Of a stretch of DNA of 64,000 bases, positions 27,388-36,807 are shown one piece after another; within the stretch, counting starts at the first letter, position 1, and every line of letters starts with the position of its first letter. Location of the stretch: the NCBI GenBank assembly GCA_043821445.1, contig JBDRCT010000017.1, positions 5,679 through 69,678 on the forward strand. Reading direction: 5' to 3'. The position numbers and the translations under genes were made by a program. Source of the stretch: Candidatus Omnitrophota bacterium (GTDB lineage Bacteria; Omnitrophota; Omnitrophia; Omnitrophales; Aquincolibacteriaceae). The notes under the pieces were generated by a model that was given only the letters and a program-made list of their open reading frames with translations, was not told where the DNA came from and did no database searches.

Positions 27388-28272
27388 TTATACACAATCT
27401 TCGATGATTGTCTTCAAAACATTGAAGGCCTTTTGCTGGTCCCGTTCGTTGAAGAGTTCATGAAAGAAGCCCTCAAAGATCGTCCGTTCCTTGCGGGGAG
27501 CCACGAGACGGTCAAAAAATCTGCGGACCGCGTTGGGGTCCACGATGCGCTCCTCCCCCACCCCAAGCAAGTGGACCGGGAACGGCACCGAAAGGATCGG
27601 CTGTTTTCGCAAGATTTCTGTGCGCCGCTCGAACTCCTCGACCAACTGCGCGGAGATATGGCGAAGGATCAGAGGATCTTTCCGGTAGACGGCGACCTCG
27701 GCCGGGTCATGGCTCAGAGCTCTCGCCTGGACTGGATCCCTGTAAACGATGCCCGGCGCGAAAAAAAGCACCAGACGGTTCAGCGGCCGGATGACCCTCG
27801 AAAATCGAATTCCCAGTAACGGAACGGAAAGGATCAGGAGTTTCACAGGTTCCGGATTTTTCATGGCCCAGTGGATCGCAACGAGACCCCCGAGGCTGTG
27901 CCCGAGCAATATGAATTTTGGGGGGATCGAATGCTTCTTTCGAAGGTGCTCGATAAAGGCCGTGATATCCCCGAGATAGTCTGCAAAAGAACCGACATCC
28001 CCGCGCCTGCCTTCCGACCGGCCCATTCCGCGGAAATCCATCATCGCGAACTGCGCGGAAAGGCGTCCCATTTTGCCGGGGAATTTTTCATAACGTCCCG
28101 AATGCTCTCCGTAACCATGAAGCATGATCACCGTATGCCGCGCCCCGGGTGCCGGATAAAAACAGTAGAAGATCTTCGTTCCATCCCGGCCCTTAAAATG
28201 ACCTTGGATCCATCCCGTGAGAGGCTTAACCAATCCATGGGCCGGGTTGGCGCTGGAATTATCGGGCGACAT
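27388..28272 (-). CDS. Alpha/beta hydrolase, lysophospholipase/monoacylglycerol lipase-like
   Basis: HGYGEHSGRY, DFRGMGRSEG, GHSLGG nucleophile elbow, FHELFNE. Confidence 0.9.
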   Translation of the reverse strand: MSPDNSSANPAHGLVKPLTGWIQGHFKGRDGTKIFYCFYPAPGARHTVIMLHGYGEHSGRYEKFPGKMGRLSAQFAMMDFRGMGRSEGRRGDVGSFADYLGDITAFIEHLRKKHSIPPKFILLGHSLGGLVAIHWAMKNPEPVKLLILSVPLLGIRFSRVIRPLNRLVLFFAPGIVYRDPVQARALSHDPAEVAVYRKDPLILRHISAQLVEEFERRTEILRKQPILSVPFPVHLLGVGEERIVDPNAVRRFFDRLVAPRKERTIFEGFFHELFNERDQQKAFNVLKTIIEDCV

Positions 28273-28411
28273 CGTATTGATTTTCCCATTTAAAATTTTT
28301 ATGAGACTCTAACGGGGTCCAGGCAGAGGTCATAGCGAGCAAGCCATCAAATCGTTTTCTTCGACGCAATCGGGAGGCGATCCTGAACGCTTCTGGGCCA
28401 TGGGCCTTTTC

Positions 28412-29164
28412 TCAGGAAGCAACGGTCTTTACTTTGTCGACGGTCTTGGAAACCGTCCGAGTCTTTATTTTCTTTTCATCCATGGCGACTTGGACGGCCC
28501 CAATCTCAGCTCCGCTTCGATTGATTGGTATTGGGACCGCACCGGCAGGCATTTCTTTCAGGTCATCGATCGCTTGAGCATTACGCTGGGTCTCTTCATG
28601 AATAATACGCAGTTTTTCTTGCGCCAAGAGCGCCGTCTTCGCGGAGGCTTTCTGTCCGTTCGCCTGTTTCTGTGAGGCTTCCAGTTCGTTCAAGATCTTT
28701 TGATGGATGCGCGCCTGTTCCTGAACCCGTTGAAGCTGCATCGTGCGCCCGTTTTGCAGATTCTTGATCTTTTTATTCAGATCGAGTATTTTCTGGATCT
28801 CTTGACGAATCTGAGCCACCGAAGCGCGCGGCACCGGCGGAGGGGGAACATATCCCGGTTTGAGGGGCACGGCATTCGCAGTTTGAACCGGGGATTTTCC
28901 AGCCGAAACTTGCTTGGTAGCCGTCCTGGTACCGGCCGCATTTTTGGCCTTTTCCATCATCAATTCTTTGCCGGTTTTGCGTCCAAAGAATTGAACGATC
29001 CGGTCTCCAACGGCCTGGGGAGTCGCTACCGAAGATAAGGAGCTTTGTGCCTTGGGCCCTTTGGGAACCGGGGAAGATCGGTTGGGGTCAACGGAATTTT
29101 TGGGAGCCGAAGCACCCAGTTGGAGCAGGAACAGCACTGCGAACCCAAAGCTTATCTTACGCAT
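28412..29164 (-). CDS. Hypothetical exported coiled-coil protein
   Basis: Signal-peptide-like N-terminus, Pro-rich linker, Q/K-rich coiled coil; carries an in-frame palindromic repeat near the C-terminus. Confidence 0.7.
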   Translation of the reverse strand: MRKISFGFAVLFLLQLGASAPKNSVDPNRSSPVPKGPKAQSSLSSVATPQAVGDRIVQFFGRKTGKELMMEKAKNAAGTRTATKQVSAGKSPVQTANAVPLKPGYVPPPPVPRASVAQIRQEIQKILDLNKKIKNLQNGRTMQLQRVQEQARIHQKILNELEASQKQANGQKASAKTALLAQEKLRIIHEETQRNAQAIDDLKEMPAGAVPIPINRSGAEIGAVQVAMDEKKIKTRTVSKTVDKVKTVAS

Positions 29165-29279
29165 AGCACCCTTCCTTGTTTACAAAAACCCCGGATCGGT
29201 TCATCACCCTTTTGATCGCGCTATTATAGCTTAGAGCATTATCGAAAAAATCTATTATTTCTTGAGAAGGGATCCGGGA

Positions 29280-29371
29280 TCATATCTGTTCGAAGATCAG
29301 CGTGCCGCCCTGGCCGCAGCCCATGCTGCCTGCGGCGTCCGGACCACACCCGTGATGACGATCTTTTTCAT
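29280..29371 (-). pseudogene. Collapsed remnant of a thiolase (acetyl-CoA acetyltransferase) gene
   Basis: MKKIVITGVVRTP (thiolase-like N-terminus) abuts, in another frame, GSMGCGQGGTLIFEQI-stop (thiolase-like C-terminus). Confidence 0.55.
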
Positions 29372-29409
29372 TCGGAAATTCCCTGTTGCCATGATAAGGT
29401 CTCTGAGGC

Positions 29410-31443
29410 CTATTCTAGCAACAGCTGGCGTATATCCGCCAGCTGTTCGCGGGCCTTTTTGATACCTTCATCGATGAACTTTTGTGCAGAAAAAAATTCG
29501 ATCCAGTGAGCGTCGGGGACGCATGCGTGGATGAAAATATCGGCCTCGCTTCCTTCCATGCGGGCGATCTCGAATTCGGTGAACTGGATAGAATTCATCA
29601 TGACGTTAAAGATATTGGCCGTGTAGCGCCGCTGGAGGCGATCCAGGCTCTTCATGACGATCCTCTGCCAATAGCCCCGATGTTGAAACCTCTGGTGAAA
29701 GGTCTTACGCCGCAGTTCATTGCGCTCGATCAAGTCTTTGGGAGACGGCAAGACATTGACCGCGATGCTCTTGCGGACGCCCATATTGGAAAGGATCTTG
29801 ACCGGAAGCGGGTCCACGATCCCGCCATCCATGAGATAACTTCCCTTGTAAGGGTAAGGACGCAAGAAACCCGGGATCGAGATCGATGCGCGAACCGCGT
29901 TAAGCACGCTCCCGGAGTCCAACACCACCTCCTCCGAGGTTAAAAGGTCCGTGGCCACTATCTTGACCGGGATCTTGAGATCCAAAAATGTCATATCTTT
30001 CAAATACGCGGAAAGAAACTGAGTGATCTGATTCCCTTTGAAAAATCCGCGATGGATCGCCGAAATGTCCCGAAGACCCAGCAGCCTGAAGAATGCATTC
30101 TTCTTGTCCAGGGATTTGGCGATCTTCCCGATCTCATGGGAGTCATATCCTGCGGCCCAAAGCGTACCGATAAGAGCCCCGATACTGGAACCCGCCAGCA
30201 CATCCACGGGGATCTTCTCCTCCTCCAGGACCCGGAGCACCCCAATGTGTGCCAGACCATACGCGGCACCGCTGCCCAGCACCAATCCCACCAATCGCTC
30301 CGACCATTCCTTGGCCAGAAAGGTTATCGTTTTTTCGTACTGATACCGTTGGTATTGAAGCGAAGGAAGCATGGAAAAAAGCTGTATCTCCGAAGCCGCG
30401 GACGGACCGCTCTCCGAAAAAGCCTTCCCCTCCTGGGAGGGCATGATGATCTTGATCTCGTTCTTGCTGAACCCAAAATCCTGACAGAGCTCCCCTGCTT
30501 TTTTTGAAGCGAATGTGAAGACATCTGTTCTCTTTTCGGCCCAGAGATAAACACGGTCTGAATAATTGAGGGCTTTGATGGCGACGGGGGTGTTACGATC
30601 CGGGAGACAGAGCACGAGATAGTCATAACGATAGGTCAAATAGGTCAGAAGCGTCGTGAATTTCTTTTCATCTTCGTCCAGGGCCGCATTAACCGTAAAC
30701 GGCAGAAGATCAAAGCTGGTTTCATGGACCAGAATAGACTTTTGGATCGATGGTTCATGGGATGGGTCCATCGTTTTAAGATCGAACCCGGAAGCATCTC
30801 CCCGGCGAAACTCGGCCGGAAGAAGACTCTTCAATTTCCCCGAGAGGTCCAAAAGCAATACCTTGCTTTGGGTCTCACGCCGTAGGGTCTTGATGAAATC
30901 CACAAGGAAGCACGCCATCCCCTCCGTCGAAGCCGCGAAATAAAAAGCCGCAATGCGGACCTCACGTCGGTGATGACTGTACCCCAGATCTTCGCGGGTC
31001 AGGTGCCTCCCGAGAGAGCGGCTCAGATGCAGCGCCAGGGCCGGGATCTCTTTGAGAAGTTGCTGAAAACTTTCAGCGCTGATCTTGAGCGCCATGGCAT
31101 CGGTTTTGGCCTCCACCGACGCGCTATGTACGCTGCCGGTCAAAAGAGAGGTCTCCCCGAAATGTTCGCCGCGATAAAAGAAGAGGAGCGTGGATTCCTT
31201 TTCCGGACCACGGGCACGGGTAAAAAGACGGAAGCGTCCGGAAATAATGATATAAAAGGCGTCCGGTGTCGTCCCCTCTTCGTAGACAATGTCGCCCCGC
31301 TTAAACCCCACCAACCGGGAATGCTGCTCGATCAGGGCCTGCCCTTCCGGCGCCAGGGACGAAAAAAGAGAGCTCGGTTCCGACAGGTACCCCTCTTTTA
31401 CTTCGGGCTTGGCCTTTTTCCAAAAAGAGAAAAGATTCATCAT
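29410..31443 (-). CDS. cNMP-binding domain + patatin-like phospholipase
   Basis: N-terminal cNMP fold (FYIIISG, FGETSLL); C-terminal GSGAAYGLAHIG, GSSIG, DGG patatin motifs. Confidence 0.9.
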   Translation of the reverse strand: MMNLFSFWKKAKPEVKEGYLSEPSSLFSSLAPEGQALIEQHSRLVGFKRGDIVYEEGTTPDAFYIIISGRFRLFTRARGPEKESTLLFFYRGEHFGETSLLTGSVHSASVEAKTDAMALKISAESFQQLLKEIPALALHLSRSLGRHLTREDLGYSHHRREVRIAAFYFAASTEGMACFLVDFIKTLRRETQSKVLLLDLSGKLKSLLPAEFRRGDASGFDLKTMDPSHEPSIQKSILVHETSFDLLPFTVNAALDEDEKKFTTLLTYLTYRYDYLVLCLPDRNTPVAIKALNYSDRVYLWAEKRTDVFTFASKKAGELCQDFGFSKNEIKIIMPSQEGKAFSESGPSAASEIQLFSMLPSLQYQRYQYEKTITFLAKEWSERLVGLVLGSGAAYGLAHIGVLRVLEEEKIPVDVLAGSSIGALIGTLWAAGYDSHEIGKIAKSLDKKNAFFRLLGLRDISAIHRGFFKGNQITQFLSAYLKDMTFLDLKIPVKIVATDLLTSEEVVLDSGSVLNAVRASISIPGFLRPYPYKGSYLMDGGIVDPLPVKILSNMGVRKSIAVNVLPSPKDLIERNELRRKTFHQRFQHRGYWQRIVMKSLDRLQRRYTANIFNVMMNSIQFTEFEIARMEGSEADIFIHACVPDAHWIEFFSAQKFIDEGIKKAREQLADIRQLLLE

Positions 31444-31570
31444 GGGGGATTATCGGCAGGAAATCCTATTCACCTTATAGTCCCAATACCTATCAATTTC
31501 AGCTTTGCGGAAATTGGGGCAATCCTTGTCGACCCTTTAAGAAATTAAATCTCAGGCGAGAAAAACAATA

Positions 31571-31592
31571 AGGGGCGCCGGAGGCGCCCCTT
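31571..31592 (-). terminator. Probable Rho-independent terminator
   Basis: aggggcgcc-gga-ggcgcccct hairpin with a T-rich tail on the minus strand. Confidence 0.7.
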
Positions 31593-31671
31593 TAAACTGA
31601 AGAAGTTAAAATGTGATATTTCAAAAAAAACGAGAAACCGTCAAGGATTCACGGTCGGCAGGTCCTGGTCT

Positions 31672-32061
31672 CTACCACTCCTGAACGCCTTCCGGGTCCG
31701 CGTAATCGTTGACCTTAGTCTCAAGCCAATGGTTGTACGCATAATCCAGTACGCGGAATTTATCGACCGGATCCATGTTCAGTAACCGAACCCCCTGATC
31801 ATAGCCCTGGTCCGTTCCCGCAGAAGGCTTCGACCACATGACCAAACCAGAGCTGAAAATAGGCTTCGGATCATCAGGGATCGTGATCTCCAGATCCAAC
31901 GGAGTCCCGTCCGGAAGCGACTTGTCTGAATTGATCTTCAATCCTTCGCGGCAAAGGTCCCTGCTCAACGCGATCCCTTTAACGGACGTCGCCTCGGTTC
32001 CGGTGAACTTCACGCTCATATATGCGTCAAAGCGCTTAAATTTGCGCTTATCTTTTTCCAT
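31672..32061 (-). CDS. PilZ domain protein
   Basis: RKFKR (RxxxR) and DLCREG (D/NxSxxG-like) motifs. Confidence 0.85.
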   Translation of the reverse strand: MEKDKRKFKRFDAYMSVKFTGTEATSVKGIALSRDLCREGLKINSDKSLPDGTPLDLEITIPDDPKPIFSSGLVMWSKPSAGTDQGYDQGVRLLNMDPVDKFRVLDYAYNHWLETKVNDYADPEGVQEW

Positions 32062-32324
32062 CGCTTCCTCCTTTACTTTTCTCGTATCGTAATGACCGGA
32101 AAAAGCCTGACTTTCCGTTGGTTATATATCGACTTCTTCACGCATTAAATTAATTAAAAACACCTCACACAAGGAGAAAAGTAACACATGAGTTTGGATT
32201 TATCAAGAGGATGATGCGATTTTTTTGAGAAGAGAACCGCCCTTGGAGTCCTTAGGGTCCCTGCGCCAACAAGATTGCTGGAAAGAAGGGCTGAAAATAG
32301 CGCAACCCATTGTAAACAAATGGG

Positions 32325-32828
32325 TTATCGAAAATTCACAAACTGGACAGGCAGAGTCAGAGGTGCGGTCCGAAGATGCTGGATCACGAACTGAAGATCG
32401 TCTTTATTTTTGGAAGAGACCCGGATCTCGTCCCCCTGAATAGCAGCCTGGACTTTCACAGGAAGATCCTTGATGATCTTCACGATCTCCTTGGCCTTCT
32501 CTTGGGGGATCCCCTGGGTGAGGGTCACTTCCTGCCGAAGACAACCGTCAAAGGCCTTCTCCGGAGTTTTAAAATCGAGGGCCTTCTGAGAAATTTTCCT
32601 GCTGGCCATCCTCATTTTGAGAATGTCCTGGAGATTCCGTAATTTCATATCATCATCCGCAATGAGGCGGATCTTTTTTTCTTTTTCATCCTTGAGAAAT
32701 TCCACGGAGCTTTTACTGCCCTTGAAATCAAAACGGGTCTGGAGCTCTTTCTTTGCCTGATTAACGGCATTGTCGATCTCCTGAAGATCGATCTGAGATA
32801 CGATGTCGAAAGAGGATAGTTGGGCCAT
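32325..32828 (-). CDS. yajQ: YajQ family nucleotide/c-di-GMP-binding protein
   Basis: SFDIVS...DNAVNQAKKEL.TRFDFKGS...QAAIQGDEIRV...KDDLQ...QFVNFR. Confidence 0.95.
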   Translation of the reverse strand: MAQLSSFDIVSQIDLQEIDNAVNQAKKELQTRFDFKGSKSSVEFLKDEKEKKIRLIADDDMKLRNLQDILKMRMASRKISQKALDFKTPEKAFDGCLRQEVTLTQGIPQEKAKEIVKIIKDLPVKVQAAIQGDEIRVSSKNKDDLQFVIQHLRTAPLTLPVQFVNFR

Positions 32829-32843
32829 CGAGCGAAAAACCGG

Positions 32844-33212
32844 CTAAGAGCTCTTGGAAGGCGGAGTGATGAAGGCTTTCAAGCGCTTACGGGAGAACTC
32901 ATCCAAGTCCAGGAATTCAAAACCTGTGTCAAAATTCTTTTTGGCAGACTTCCGGTCCTGGCTCGGGATCACCCACACGCTGCGCCCTGTACACTGGATA
33001 GGAGGTTCGCCATCCTTAAGTTCCAGACTGATCTTGCAACGACCGAACCGCTCCAAAGGCTCCGGGAGCATGACCGAAACACCTCCCATCCCGACATCTT
33101 CAGTGCTTGCGGTATAGGCCTTTTGCTTGCCCACCGGTTGGATCGCCACCTCACAGGTCAGATGAAGTCTTGTAAACTTCCGTTTATTAAAACCATCCCA
33201 GAGAGAGTTCAT
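32844..33212 (-). CDS. PilZ domain protein
   Basis: KRKFTR and DVGMGG motifs, C-terminal GFEF. Confidence 0.85.
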   Translation of the reverse strand: MNSLWDGFNKRKFTRLHLTCEVAIQPVGKQKAYTASTEDVGMGGVSVMLPEPLERFGRCKISLELKDGEPPIQCTGRSVWVIPSQDRKSAKKNFDTGFEFLDLDEFSRKRLKAFITPPSKSS

Positions 33213-34177
33213 GACCGGTTCAATCTCACAAAGGCGTCCTGAAAGGGACGAGCGACTTCCTTAGCGCGGAATTTCAAGAGTTGAGCCTGGGCTTCAGCCT
33301 CAGTGCGGAACCCTCCGAGAAAAACCTGGAAATAAACCCGTCCGCTAGGTCTTGTATTCTCTTTGACAAAAGCACGAAAACCCTCACGCTTAAAAGTTTC
33401 CGCGACCTGATCCGCATCCTGCTTGGTCGGATAGGTCACGACCTGGATCACGTAAGATCCGCTCACCGGCACCGAAGTCGCTGCGCCGCCTTCAGACACA
33501 CGCGGCGTTTGGGGGGGCCTGGGAGGAACCGGAGTGATCACCACGGGACGCTCGACCGCGGGTTTAGAAACAACCACTGGTGCAGCGGTTGGGGTCTTTG
33601 CCGGAACCTCGCCGGGGATCTTGTATCGAACGCGCATCGCTTCCTCCCGCTGAGAATTGAGCGCGTTCACTCCCCAGAAAAGAAGAGAAACAACAAGCAC
33701 TGCCGTTCCCCAATAAAAAAAACGGCGGATGGCCACTTGCTCGGGGTCTAAGAAAAATTTAAATAACTTATCCGTCTTTTCAAAAAATCCGTCCGTGAGA
33801 TCCGAAAACGAGATGCGTTTCTTTCCCGGGGAACGATGGTAGCGAAAACGAGTATGGGAATCCGAACTGGATGGTATCGAGGCAAAAGAAGCTGGCCCTT
33901 TTTCAAAATCGCTAGGCGAGACATGGCGCGGTAAAAAGCTCGGTCCGGACAATACATCTTTTTGCGCACTAAAAAGATCGCGAGCTGCATCTTTCTCCAG
34001 GGAAGATTCTTTCGAGGTTAGTGGTATCGAAGCGGGAGTCTTGAAATCCTCCCGTTCTCCGATCACAACATGCGTCGTCCCTTCGGAAAACTCGCCATAA
34101 AGTTTTTTTTGGATCTCGGATTCCGAGAGTACCGATGATGACGATTCGGTGCTTTTCTTCCTGCCAAAAAATCCCAT
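33209..34177 (-). CDS. Membrane-anchored SPOR domain protein
   Basis: Single TM, Pro-rich linker, C-terminal YVIQV...A...VFLGGF.T.AEA SPOR pattern. Confidence 0.85.
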   Translation of the reverse strand: MGFFGRKKSTESSSSVLSESEIQKKLYGEFSEGTTHVVIGEREDFKTPASIPLTSKESSLEKDAARDLFSAQKDVLSGPSFLPRHVSPSDFEKGPASFASIPSSSDSHTRFRYHRSPGKKRISFSDLTDGFFEKTDKLFKFFLDPEQVAIRRFFYWGTAVLVVSLLFWGVNALNSQREEAMRVRYKIPGEVPAKTPTAAPVVVSKPAVERPVVITPVPPRPPQTPRVSEGGAATSVPVSGSYVIQVVTYPTKQDADQVAETFKREGFRAFVKENTRPSGRVYFQVFLGGFRTEAEAQAQLLKFRAKEVARPFQDAFVRLNRS

Positions 34178-34178
34178 G

Positions 34179-34676
34179 CTAAGCTCTCCTTTTCACAGCG
34201 TGGACATCTTCGCGAAGACACAATGACAATTTGATGAGCTCGATGGGCCCCAGGACAATATGGGCGCGCTGAATAAAACCGTTCTTGCGGCAAAGATCGA
34301 TCGCCCCCGACATTTTGGAAGTGGTCTTGAAAAAAACCTCCTCGTAACCCGCTTCGCGACAAAAATCCAGCGCACGATCGATCAGCCGCATACCGATCCT
34401 TAGCTTACGATGCGTTGGCGCAACAAATAAACGGCGCAGCAACGCGACCCGGCTGTCTTCCTTCTTGATCGCGACGGTTCCGATCACCTTGTGTGATTTC
34501 TCGTCTACCGCCACAAAAAACGCCTCACCGATCCCACCGTAGGCTTTCTCAATGCATTCAACATCCTCGATCGGATAGGTATGCTTGGCGTCATGGAACT
34601 CGCGGTCCATGACGCTAGAGATGAGATCCACCACCGCGGCATCATCATCTTTCATGGACCTTCGGATCGTGATCAT
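34179..34676 (-). CDS. GNAT family N-acetyltransferase
   Basis: LRRLFVAPTHRKLRIGMRL acetyl-CoA-binding motif; AIDLCRKNGF. Confidence 0.9.
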   Translation of the reverse strand: MITIRRSMKDDDAAVVDLISSVMDREFHDAKHTYPIEDVECIEKAYGGIGEAFFVAVDEKSHKVIGTVAIKKEDSRVALLRRLFVAPTHRKLRIGMRLIDRALDFCREAGYEEVFFKTTSKMSGAIDLCRKNGFIQRAHIVLGPIELIKLSLCLREDVHAVKRRA

Positions 34677-34697
34677 AAAGGATTCCGTTTGCCTCCG

Positions 34698-34994
34698 TTA
34701 AGCTTTTTTGGCATCGCCGGCCGGTTTTACAGCGGCCTTCCCTGCGGCCGGTTTTGCAGCACCCGCAGGCGCAACGGCGCCAGGGGCTGCAGTTCCCTCA
34801 GCGGTTTCTGCCTTCGCCTCTTTGACCTTCCTCATCTTGATCTTAAGGGACCTTACTTTGGGTAGATTGTAAGCCGTTCCGCGGTCACTCCATTTGCCCA
34901 TTTCTTGGAGTTTCTTAACGCGTTCAAGACGCTTAAAAACATTTCGGTGTTTGGCTCCGACGCTGTCAGAACGCAGACTGGGATGTTGCGACAT
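34698..34994 (-). CDS. PVC small basic protein (Chlamydiae/Verrucomicrobia/Planctomycetes signature family)
   Basis: MSQHPSLR...HRNVFKRLERVKKL...W...LPKVR; AGGAG RBS upstream of ATG at 34994. Confidence 0.8.
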   Translation of the reverse strand: MSQHPSLRSDSVGAKHRNVFKRLERVKKLQEMGKWSDRGTAYNLPKVRSLKIKMRKVKEAKAETAEGTAAPGAVAPAGAAKPAAGKAAVKPAGDAKKA

Positions 34995-35087
34995 AAGACA
35001 CTGGACTCCTTTATTTGTGAATTGGATCATTCCGAACAGTTATTCTGCTGGAGGGGCGTATTATACCGATGCGGACGGAAAATGGCT

Positions 35088-35190
35088 AGTCCCAATTCTT
35101 ATCAATTTCAGAGTATCTGAAATTGGGGCAGTCCCAATTCCAATCAATCGAAACGAAGTGGAGATTGGGGCAATCCTTGCCAGCCATTTT
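35088..35190. repeat. Two tandem copies of the GTCCCAAT...ATTGGGGC palindromic element
   Basis: gtcccaattcttatcaatttcagagtatctgaaattggggca followed by gtcccaattccaatcaatcgaaacgaagtggagattggggca; related copies at about 26620, 26780, 26910, 28497 and 31480. Confidence 0.85.
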
Positions 35191-35272
35191 GGAAAATAAT
35201 CCGAGGCAAGGATAGCTGAAAAATTAGGGGGAATCTTATTTGGAAGCTGTCAAAAACACGAACTTGGCGCGA

Positions 35273-35875
35273 TCAGCGCACCATCGGCCGTACATAGGCG
35301 TCGCTTGAAGCAAGCCCCTGGGTCCTCAACTGTTTGAGCATTTTGGAGGCATCCTGGTGCGTCTGGAATCCCTCTATACAAACCTGCAGGTGCTTGCCGC
35401 TTGGGATCACAAAGGAATGGTACCCTTTTTGGGAAAGTTTTTGGATCTCACGATCCGCCGCGGCCTGAGTGATATAAGTCACATGTTGGATCGTATACTT
35501 TCCTTCAGGCTTCACAACCTTGGCCACGGGCTTGGGCAGCTCCGCAACTGTGATAGGAATTTCCTTGGGAACAGATCTGTCGACCATCGTCGGCAAAGGA
35601 GTCTTCGAAACCGACGCGACAACCGTTTGAGAAGCCTCCGGAGAAACGACCTCGGTAGGAACCGAACGAACTCCCTGGCCCTCTAAAGACTTTTTTCCTT
35701 TTTCAACTCCCCAAGAAAAGCTCAACACATAGATCATGAGCAGGACGAGCGTCAACCCGATCGTCTGGTCGAGACGCAGCGTGATGAAAGTCTTTTCGAG
35801 ATAAGAAGCCTTGGGGGCCGTCGAGTCCTCTGAAAGAGTCCGGGGCACGGGCAGATCGAATAATTCCGTTTGCAT
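35273..35875 (-). CDS. Membrane-anchored SPOR domain protein
   Basis: TM with FSWGVEKG, C-terminal YTIQHVTY...A...L...G...F.T..DA SPOR pattern. Confidence 0.8.
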   Translation of the reverse strand: MQTELFDLPVPRTLSEDSTAPKASYLEKTFITLRLDQTIGLTLVLLMIYVLSFSWGVEKGKKSLEGQGVRSVPTEVVSPEASQTVVASVSKTPLPTMVDRSVPKEIPITVAELPKPVAKVVKPEGKYTIQHVTYITQAAADREIQKLSQKGYHSFVIPSGKHLQVCIEGFQTHQDASKMLKQLRTQGLASSDAYVRPMVR

Positions 35876-36140
35876 GGTTAAGTCCTCCGTGGGTGTATTT
35901 ACGGCAACTCACACGGAAGACTTAATTAAAACTCGCACAACGCTCAACGCACAAAGCGCAACGACCAGCTTCTCGCGTTGACCGTTGCGCGTTGCGCGAT
36001 TTATTTGGCAAGTTTAATGCGGCTCGGCGGCCCGCCTTGAGGATCAGGCGTCCTGGTTTTTCCTTTCAATTTTGAATTGAAAACCAGGATTGCACTGAAA
36101 TTCGATTTAAAGCTTCAAAGGAGTTTCAGGCGAGGCTCGC

Positions 36141-36806
36141 CTACTTTGCAAGCTTAATGCGATTCGGCGGCCACCAGATCATGAAGGCTTTACCCACAAG
36201 ATCTTTTTTCGGAACAAAACCCCACTGACGGCTGTCGGCCGAGTGGGCGGAATTATCCCCTAACGCGAAATAATGCCCCTCCGGAACCCGGATCATCTGA
36301 CCAGACTTGCCGAACTTCCAATCCTCAACATTGTAATAGGTGTTCCCGGAAAACGGAGGGTCGGTCATCGGCTTTCCATTGACGAGCAGCACCCCTTTGC
36401 GTATCTCAAGCACTTCACCCGGGAGCCCCGCAAGCCGCTTGACGAAATCTTTTTTGCGGTCAAGAGGATACTTGAACACGATGATATCCCCACGCTCGGG
36501 TGGACGAAAACGGTAACTCAACTTGTCGACAAAGATCTTGTCTTCTTCCATGAAAGTCGGCTTCATGGAGCCGGTCGGGATCTTGTAGGGCCCAAAAATG
36601 AACGTGCGGATAAAAATAGCGAGCACCGCCGCGATCAGAAGCGGCTCGCCCCAATTTTTCCATTTTTCAAAGAGCCACCGCCGGGGCTCGGCCCGGGCGA
36701 ATTGCCATTCGTGAATGAGTTTCGCTCGGTAAACGTAGCCCAGCACCACGGCCACCGGCAGGATCCAAAGATACTTTCGAATCACTTGTATAAGATTCCC
36801 TTCCAT
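36141..36806 (-). CDS. lepB: Signal peptidase I
   Basis: IPTGSMKPT, DFVKRL, GDNSAHSADSR. Confidence 0.96.
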   Translation of the reverse strand: MEGNLIQVIRKYLWILPVAVVLGYVYRAKLIHEWQFARAEPRRWLFEKWKNWGEPLLIAAVLAIFIRTFIFGPYKIPTGSMKPTFMEEDKIFVDKLSYRFRPPERGDIIVFKYPLDRKKDFVKRLAGLPGEVLEIRKGVLLVNGKPMTDPPFSGNTYYNVEDWKFGKSGQMIRVPEGHYFALGDNSAHSADSRQWGFVPKKDLVGKAFMIWWPPNRIKLAK

Positions 36807-36807
36807 A

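Noticed and set aside
32062-32324. Possible c-di-GMP riboswitch upstream of the PilZ gene
   Set aside because: I could not identify the conserved GEMM elements.
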